This document shows positions 58,111-64,000 of a stretch of 64,000 nt of DNA, piece by piece. Origin of the DNA: Sporichthyaceae bacterium (lineage in GTDB: Bacteria; Actinomycetota; Actinomycetes; Sporichthyales; Sporichthyaceae); assembly GCA_052386455.1 (NCBI GenBank), contig JBQTKD010000034.1, positions 892-64,891 of the forward strand, written 5' to 3'. The translations under genes were made by a program, and so were the position numbers. Numbering within the stretch: the first letter of the stretch is position 1; each line of letters starts with the position of its first letter. Under the pieces are notes generated by a model that made no database searches, was not told the origin of the DNA, and saw only the letters and a list, made by a program, of their open reading frames with translations.

Positions 58111-58821
58111 GTGACTGAATTGGACGAACGCCGAGCGCGCATCGAGGACCTGCGTGCGCAACAGCGCCGCAGCGAGCGTCGACGCTCGGCGATCTTCTTC
58201 GGTGTCCTGTTGGTCGGCTCGCTCGTCGCCTTCGGCCGCCCCGCCTTCGGCTGGGTCGAGAACAAGATCGACGACCCAATGCGCCGTCCGATCGAAGCCT
58301 TCGGCAGCCCCATCGCCCAGGCCGGCTGCGGAAAGATCACCAAGGACCCCGCCGGGCCCGCGCAGATGCACGTCAAGGTCGGCACCCGCGTCGCGTACGC
58401 GGTCGTGCCCCCGAGCCACGGCGCCCACTACGAGAACCCGGTGCCGTTCAGCGCCCGCCCGTTCTTCACCACCCGGGACTCGCCGCCGATCGAGAACCTG
58501 GTCCACAACCTCGAGCACGGCTACACGATCCTCTGGTACGACCCGACGGTCTCCGGCAAGACGCAGGACGAGATCCAGGTCCTCACCGAGCGCCTGCGCC
58601 ACGAGGCCAAGTACCAGCAGTTCATCGCCACCCCGTGGGACTCGACCTACGGCGGTTTCCCGGCCGGCAAGACCGTCGCGCTCTCGCACTGGAGCGGCCC
58701 GAACAAGAAGGGCCAGTCCTACGGCCACCGCCTGCTGTGCGAGCAGCTCTCCGGCGCGGCCGTGCAGGAGTTCATGGATCGCTACCCTGCAACCGATGCC
58801 CCGGAACGCAACCTCAGGTAG
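58111..58821 (+). CDS. DUF3105 protein, paralog 3 (His motifs intact)
   Basis: ORF 58111..58821(+) with a GTG start and GGGAGGGG upstream. One TM segment. Motifs PPSHGAH, VHNLEHGYT and ALSHW. Confidence 0.82.
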   Translation: MTELDERRARIEDLRAQQRRSERRRSAIFFGVLLVGSLVAFGRPAFGWVENKIDDPMRRPIEAFGSPIAQAGCGKITKDPAGPAQMHVKVGTRVAYAVVPPSHGAHYENPVPFSARPFFTTRDSPPIENLVHNLEHGYTILWYDPTVSGKTQDEIQVLTERLRHEAKYQQFIATPWDSTYGGFPAGKTVALSHWSGPNKKGQSYGHRLLCEQLSGAAVQEFMDRYPATDAPERNLR

Positions 58822-58828
58822 GAGAACG

Positions 58829-59305
58829 GTGACCGACGGTCCCCAGGACATGGTGTCGGCTGCCGCGGAGGCCCGTAGGCGCGGCCGCACGCACGCCGCC
58901 GCCCGCAAGGTCGCCCTCACCACCTTGGGCGTGGTCATCACCCTCGCCGGCATCGCGATGCTGCCGCTGCCGGGCCCGGGCGCGCTGATCATCCTCGTCG
59001 GGCTGTGGGTGCTGGCCCAGGAGTACGAGTGGGCCGAGAAGCGCCTCGACGTCGTCCAGGACAAGATCCTCGACGCCGCCTACGCCACGGCGGCCAGCCT
59101 GCCCAAGACCCTCGGCGCCCTCCTCGGCGCCTCCGGCATGATCGCGTTCGGCGTCGTGTTCGGCCTGAACGAGGACTGGCCGTTCAGCGGCTGGTGGACC
59201 GCGGGCAGCATCGTCGGCGGCGGCCTTCTCGCCGGCGCAACCGCAATCTGGGCCCGCGCCACCCGGCACAGGCGCGCGGCGTCCAAGGCGGCCAAGGCCG
59301 CCTGA
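58829..59305 (+). CDS. PGPGW-motif transmembrane protein (TIGR02611-like)
   Basis: Tail of ORF 58154..59305(+). The GTG at 58829 has AGGAG upstream. The motif LPLPGPGALIILVGLWVLAQEYEWA is diagnostic of the family (from memory). Confidence 0.75.
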   Translation: MTDGPQDMVSAAAEARRRGRTHAAARKVALTTLGVVITLAGIAMLPLPGPGALIILVGLWVLAQEYEWAEKRLDVVQDKILDAAYATAASLPKTLGALLGASGMIAFGVVFGLNEDWPFSGWWTAGSIVGGGLLAGATAIWARATRHRRAASKAAKAA

Positions 59306-59427
59306 GCGTCGATGGCTCGCAGAGACGTGTGCCCGAGACGACACATAGCCACATCCCGCGCTGGCGGCTACGGGACGAGAGGTACAAGGTAGGCAGCGAA
59401 GATCTGCCGAACCGTCAGGAGACGGCG

Positions 59428-60963
59428 ATGAGTCAGGTACTCGACCCTCCGGTTCCTCCGTCCGACGACGCCGCGCCCGCCGGCACCTATGCGCTCGGGG
59501 TGTCGCGTCCACCCTTGGAGATGGCGAACCTGCCCACTCCGGAGGAGGTGTGGGGGGTCGAGCGCGTGGGCCGCAGGGAGATCGTGCGCTACGCGGTCGG
59601 CCCGAGCCTGATCGCGCTCGGCGTCGCGGTCGGCAGCGGGGAGTGGCTGCTCGGTCCGCTGACGGTGGGCAAGTACGGGTTCATCGGGATCGGCTGGATC
59701 ATCACGGTCGCGGCGATCCTGCAGACCCTGTACAACGTCGAGATCGGCCGCTACGTCGTCGCCACCGGCGAGGTGCCGGTGGTCGGGTTCGCCCGCATCC
59801 CACCCGGCCGGTTGGTCTGGGTGCCGCTGGCGCTGGCGGCGATGTTCTCCGCGTTCATTCTCGGCGGCTGGGCGAAGGCGGCGGCGAAGAGCCTGTTCGC
59901 CCTCGTGGAAGGCCGCCCCGCCGGGCCGGGCGACGGCGGCCGCGTCGAGGTGCTGACCTTCGCTCTCCTAGGCGCCGTACTGGTCATCACGCTGGCGGTC
60001 CGCAAGATCACCCGCAGCCTGGAGATCATGAACGCCGGCCTGATCGGCGTCGAGCTGGCGTTTCTCGGGGTGCTCACCGTGCTGGTCGTCCCGTGGGACA
60101 TCTGGTGGGACGGCCTGCGCGGGCTGGTCACCCCGGCCTCGCCGCCGGCCGGCGCATCGGCCACCGACCTCGGCGCGCTGGCCGGGTTCACCGCGCTGGC
60201 CGCCGGACTGAACTGGTTCTTCCTGAACCACTACCGGGACAAGGGCTACGGAATGGGCCACCGAGTCGGGTACCTCACCGGCGCCCGCGGTGGCAAGTGC
60301 GTGGTGCGCAACGTCGGCTACGCCTTCCCCGACAACGAGCTCAACCGGGAGCGTTGGTCCCGCTGGATGCGCCTGTTGCGTCTGGACCAGTTCGCGATTT
60401 TCCTGCCGTGCGCGATCCTCGGCATGCTCCTGCCCACCGTGTTGATGCGGCACCTGGTCGAACAGACCGGCACCGCGCCGACCACCGCCAACGTCGACAC
60501 GTTCGCAGCCACCCTGCTCGGCGCGGAGTACGGCCGGTGGCTGTTCTACGTCACGCTGCTAATCGGGTTCCTGATCCTGTTCGACACCCAGCTCGGGTTG
60601 TTCGAGGCGCTGGTGCGCAACGCCACCGACGCGGCGAACATCAGCCCTCGACTCGTGGCGGCCGGCGGCGGGGACCTGCGCCGGTTCTACTTCGGCTTCA
60701 TGGTCGTGCTGACGGTCGTGATCGGCTACATCACGACGTTGACCCAACCGGTGACGCTGATTCAGACCTCGGCGAACATGGCCAACGCCGGCGCGCTGGT
60801 GTTCCCGTTCGCGCTGATGTACCTGAACTCCCGGCTGCCCAAGCCGGCACGGCCGCCGAAGTGGGCCTACGCGGCCCTGCTGGCCAACACCCTGTTCTTC
60901 GGCTTCTTCTTCCTCAACTTCCTCGCGGAGAAGCTCGGCGGCGAGCCGTTGATTACCTTCTGA
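59428..60963 (+). CDS. Nramp-like polytopic membrane transporter (divergent)
   Basis: Tail of ORF 59005..60963(+). The ATG at 59428 has AGGAG 6 nt upstream. About 11-12 TM helices. GPSLIALGVAVGSGEWLLGP resembles the Nramp N-terminal DPG-like region. The assignment is tentative. Confidence 0.65.
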   Translation: MSQVLDPPVPPSDDAAPAGTYALGVSRPPLEMANLPTPEEVWGVERVGRREIVRYAVGPSLIALGVAVGSGEWLLGPLTVGKYGFIGIGWIITVAAILQTLYNVEIGRYVVATGEVPVVGFARIPPGRLVWVPLALAAMFSAFILGGWAKAAAKSLFALVEGRPAGPGDGGRVEVLTFALLGAVLVITLAVRKITRSLEIMNAGLIGVELAFLGVLTVLVVPWDIWWDGLRGLVTPASPPAGASATDLGALAGFTALAAGLNWFFLNHYRDKGYGMGHRVGYLTGARGGKCVVRNVGYAFPDNELNRERWSRWMRLLRLDQFAIFLPCAILGMLLPTVLMRHLVEQTGTAPTTANVDTFAATLLGAEYGRWLFYVTLLIGFLILFDTQLGLFEALVRNATDAANISPRLVAAGGGDLRRFYFGFMVVLTVVIGYITTLTQPVTLIQTSANMANAGALVFPFALMYLNSRLPKPARPPKWAYAALLANTLFFGFFFLNFLAEKLGGEPLITF

Positions 60964-60968
60964 TCGCA

Positions 60969-61391
60969 TCAGGCCTCCGCGGGGACGTCCTGTATCCGCC
61001 GCTCGCGGACGTCGTCGAGGAAACGGGCCGCGATTGCGAAGTCGCCGTCGTCGTGCAGCACGACGAGGCCCTGCGCGGCTGCAGTGGCGCAGATCAACAG
61101 GTCGACGGGCGACAGGGCCCGGTGGGCACCGGCGCGCACGAGGCGGTACTGGGCGGCCTCGATCCACCGCCAACTCGTCTTCGGGACGGGCACGTCCGGA
61201 TAGAGCTCGGCGAACATGTCGTTCATCTGCTCGTACTCGTCGAGATTGCGGGCGGAGCGGCGGAACTCGGTCCGCAGCGGATGACACGAACCGACCCCCG
61301 CCGCGGTGATGGTCTGCGACCATGCCGCCCGAAGACCGGCGTCCCGCAACACGCGCCACAATCCGGACGAGTCGATGAGGTAGCGGATCAC
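60969..61391 (-). CDS. vapC: PIN-domain toxin VapC
   Basis: Lower part of ORF 60969..61736(-). The GTG at 61391 forms a GTGA overlap with the antitoxin stop. The sequence reads VIRYLIDSSGLWRVL...DLLICATAAAQGLVVLHDDGDF. Confidence 0.82.
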   Translation of the reverse strand: MIRYLIDSSGLWRVLRDAGLRAAWSQTITAAGVGSCHPLRTEFRRSARNLDEYEQMNDMFAELYPDVPVPKTSWRWIEAAQYRLVRAGAHRALSPVDLLICATAAAQGLVVLHDDGDFAIAARFLDDVRERRIQDVPAEA

Positions 61392-61600
61392 CGCTTCTCT
61401 TCGTCCCGGCGCCGTTCCCAGTCCTCGTAGTCCCAGTGCTGCGCCGCCTCCGCAGCGCGGTCGAGCGCCTCGATCCGGCGGTGGCGAGCGGCGTACTCGC
61501 GCAACGCCAGGTTGACGGTGTCCTTCTTCGTCCTCGCGCCCGACAGGCGCATCGCCTCGGCGAGCGCGTCCTCGTCGAGATCGATCTGCGTCACAGCCAT
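61388..61600 (-). CDS. vapB: Type II antitoxin VapB (DUF2191-like)
   Basis: ORF 61388..61648(-), trimmed to the ATG at 61600. The sequence reads MAVTQIDLDEDALAEAMRLSGARTKKDTVNLALREYAARHR. Confidence 0.8.
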   Translation of the reverse strand: MAVTQIDLDEDALAEAMRLSGARTKKDTVNLALREYAARHRRIEALDRAAEAAQHWDYEDWERRRDEEKR

Positions 61601-61681
61601 CGGAGCCCCATGTTGATGATGTGGGAGACGTAACCATAAAGCATACATCGCGGACGAAGGCCAGCTCGGCCGATCCGGCGG

Positions 61682-62767
61682 CTATGCGTCGGCGGAGAAG
61701 CGGACGGACTTGTCGGGCAGGACGGCCTGCGTCCACACGCGTGCGCCGTCGAGCAGTTCGTTGTCCGCACCCACCTGCGCGTCGTCGCCGACGACCACGC
61801 CGACGAGCCGAGTTCGCTCCCCCACGCGTGCGCCCGCACCGACGATGCTGTCCCGCACCGTCGCGCCGGCGGCCACGACGACGCCGGCCTGCAGCACGCT
61901 GCCGGAGACCACCGCGCCCGACTCGACCACGACGTCCGGGCCGAGCGCGCTGCCGCGTTCCAGCACAGCGTCCGGCGCCACCCGGGCGCTCGGGTCGACC
62001 AGCGCCGGACCGGTCGCCGGCACGGCGGCCGAGGGCAGGGTGCCCGTAACGAGGTCGGCGCTGCCCTTCACGTAGGCGGCCGGGGTGCCGAGGTCCAGCC
62101 AGTAGGCGGTGTCCAGGTGCCCCTGCACCCGCGCACCCGCGGCGAGCAGGCCGGGAAAGGTATCGCGCTCGACGGAGACGACGACCCCGGCCGGGATGGC
62201 GTCCACGACGCGTCGGCGAAAGACGTAGCAGCCGGCGTTGATCTGGTCGCTGACCGGCTCCGGGGCCTTCTCCAGGAACGCCAGCACGCGCCCGTCCGCA
62301 TCCGTCGGCACGCAGCCGAACGCACGCGGGTCCGGCACGGTCAGCAGGTGCAGGGTGACCTCGGCGTCCGCCAGCGCGTGGGCCTTGAGTTGGGCACCGA
62401 GGTCATGTCCGGACAGCACGTCACCGTTGAAGATCAGCACTGGATCCTCGGGCGCGCTGCGCAGGCGGGAGGCGGCGTTGCGGATGCCGCCCCCGGTGCC
62501 CAGCGGCCGGTCCTCGATCACGTACTCGAGCTCCACGCCGAGCGCCGAGCCGTCGCCGAAGTGCTCGGTAAAGACCTCCGCGCGATACGAGGTGGCCAGC
62601 ACGACGTGCTCCACGCCCGCCTCGCGCAGGCGCACGATCTGATGGGTCAGCAGCGGAACGCCCGCAGTGGGCAGCATCGGCTTCGGGGTGCGGGCCGTCA
62701 GCGGCCGAAGCCGCGTGCCCTGCCCACCGACGAGCAGGATCGCCTCTGCAGCGGCAATCTGACCCAT
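61682..62767 (-). CDS. Nucleotidyltransferase plus left-handed beta-helix protein: mannose-1-phosphate guanylyltransferase-like
   Basis: Lower part of ORF 61682..63961(-), starting at the ATG at 62767. Motif ILLVGGQGTRLRPLT...PKPMLP. Hexapeptide repeats at the C-terminus. Confidence 0.88.
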   Translation of the reverse strand: MGQIAAAEAILLVGGQGTRLRPLTARTPKPMLPTAGVPLLTHQIVRLREAGVEHVVLATSYRAEVFTEHFGDGSALGVELEYVIEDRPLGTGGGIRNAASRLRSAPEDPVLIFNGDVLSGHDLGAQLKAHALADAEVTLHLLTVPDPRAFGCVPTDADGRVLAFLEKAPEPVSDQINAGCYVFRRRVVDAIPAGVVVSVERDTFPGLLAAGARVQGHLDTAYWLDLGTPAAYVKGSADLVTGTLPSAAVPATGPALVDPSARVAPDAVLERGSALGPDVVVESGAVVSGSVLQAGVVVAAGATVRDSIVGAGARVGERTRLVGVVVGDDAQVGADNELLDGARVWTQAVLPDKSVRFSADA

Positions 62768-62769
62768 CG

Positions 62770-63915
62770 TTAGCGAGTAGCGACCGCTTGCGCGGCCTTG
62801 GCGTAGGTCTCGAGATGGACCTCGGCCGAGCTCGTCCAGGTGAACAGCTGCGAGCGCGCGTGCGCGGCCTCGGACAGCGCCCGGCGGCGGTCCTCCTCGC
62901 CCAGCAGGCGCCGCAGGTTCCGGGCGATGCTGTCCGCCTCGGGTTCGGTGTACGCCGCGGCCTCGCCGCCCACCTCGGGCAGCGAGAGGCGCCGCGCGAT
63001 CAGCACGGCCGCGCCGCAGGCCATGGCCTCCAGCGTCGGGAAACCGAAGCCCTCGGACCGGCTGGTGTAGGCCATGATCGTGGCACCGCCCATGAAGCCG
63101 GGCAGGTCCGCAGGCCGGAGGAAGCCGGGGCGGATCAGGCGCAGGTGCTCGGGGACGTCGGCCACCGCGTCGCGGACGGCCGGGTCTCCGGTGGCGGGAC
63201 CGGCCAGGACGAGCGCGGGCGGGTCGGCCATGTCGGCGACGCCCTGGACCCAGCCGCGGATCAGTTCGGGGATGTTCTTGCGCCGAGACAGCTCGCCCAG
63301 GGTGCCGACGTAGCTGCGCCCGGCCAGCCCGAGCCGCCGCGCGACGCGCTCGCGCTCGATCTCGGTCGGCGGGCGGAACACGGTGGTGTCGATGCCGTGG
63401 TAGGCCACGTCCACGCGGCTCGAGTCCGCCTCGAACATGCGGACCAGTTCGTCTCGCGTGGCGCGCGAGGGGACGATGAAGCGCGTGGCCTTGACCAGCG
63501 CGCTGCGGGTGGCCTGGCGGAAGAAGTCTCCGCGCTCGTCCTCGTAGGAGTCCGGGTCGCTGAACATCGTGGCGTCGTGCAGGGTGACGACCACGGGGAT
63601 GTTCGTATCGAACGGCATCGAGTACTGCGGGCAGTGCAGGACCTCGGCGCCGATTTCCTCGGCGAGCGCCGGCAGGCCGGTCTGCTCCCACGCGAGACGG
63701 TTCTGCCGCTGCGCGATGGTGCTCGGCGCCGGGAGGATCCGGGCGGTGGGTGCCAGGCGCGCCAGTCGGTCCGCGTCCGCCCGCTGGCAGGCAACGGCGA
63801 TGTCGGCGCCTGCCGCAGCCAACGCGGGCACCAGGCCGTCGATGTACCGACCCACCCCGCCGCGGTCGGCAGGTACGGCCGTCGCATCGACGAGCACCCG
63901 CGGGCCCACTACCAC
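62770..63915 (-). CDS. Family-4 (GT-B, Glycos_transf_1) glycosyltransferase
   Basis: ORF 62770..63915(-). N-terminal sequence RVLVDATAVPADRGGVGRYI. C-terminal sequence EGFGFPTLEAMACGAAV. Its stop lies 2 nt before the downstream start. Confidence 0.88.
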   Translation of the reverse strand: MVVGPRVLVDATAVPADRGGVGRYIDGLVPALAAAGADIAVACQRADADRLARLAPTARILPAPSTIAQRQNRLAWEQTGLPALAEEIGAEVLHCPQYSMPFDTNIPVVVTLHDATMFSDPDSYEDERGDFFRQATRSALVKATRFIVPSRATRDELVRMFEADSSRVDVAYHGIDTTVFRPPTEIERERVARRLGLAGRSYVGTLGELSRRKNIPELIRGWVQGVADMADPPALVLAGPATGDPAVRDAVADVPEHLRLIRPGFLRPADLPGFMGGATIMAYTSRSEGFGFPTLEAMACGAAVLIARRLSLPEVGGEAAAYTEPEADSIARNLRRLLGEEDRRRALSEAAHARSQLFTWTSSAEVHLETYAKAAQAVATR

Positions 63916-64000
63916 CCCTGACGATCGAACGCGTATCGAGCCGGGTCGGCAGCTTCGACAACCCAGTCAGGCCAGCCTATGCCATCACCCTCTAGCCTGC

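Overview
Very high-GC Actinomycetota chromosomal segment (GC judged by eye). There are no rRNA or tRNA genes, CRISPR arrays, transposases or integrases. From memory, the backbone matches the conserved actinobacterial region known from Mycobacterium (about Rv3240c-Rv3264c): secA, hpf, comF-like, lpqB-mtrB-mtrA, ahcY, SIS isomerase/Trm112/phosphomannomutase, DUF3499, whiB, fbiA-fbiB and manC-like plus GT4. A MoxR/DUF58/DUF4350/DUF4129 cluster lies in the same window, split from its usual SpoIIM-like/RDD partners. The ORF track counts ATG, GTG and TTG as starts and reports the longest frame, so many starts were trimmed using paralog alignment, 4-nt ATGA/GTGA stop-start overlaps and Shine-Dalgarno spacing. 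Many long R/G/P/A-rich ORFs are antisense shadows of real genes and were rejected. The most interesting content is listed below.

1. 115-5568: a tandemly duplicated, translationally coupled four-gene cassette. Each copy encodes one anchored PsbP-like protein plus three paralogous single-pass alanine-rich helical proteins, each ending in a Cys-loop. Twin 16-bp TetR-type palindromes sit in front of copy 2.
2. 30048-31672: two tandem exported, C-terminally anchored proteins whose mature N-termini start Cys-Ser-Cys and look colinear with N-TIMP/NTR modules.
3. 26170-27965: three tandem cupredoxins.
4. 56560-60963: three tandem DUF3105 paralogs, the middle one having lost every conserved His, followed by a PGPGW protein and an Nramp-like transporter.
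5. Several families of intergenic palindromic or repeated elements. These include four exact GCGCTGTACAGCGC copies in two 60-bp-spaced pairs bracketing whiB-fbiAB, ACGTCCG-armed hairpins inside operons, and a 22-nt exact repeat.

All family assignments come from reading motifs by eye, with no searches run. Coordinates of non-coding elements were cross-checked against neighbouring ORF boundaries but could be off by about 1 nt.
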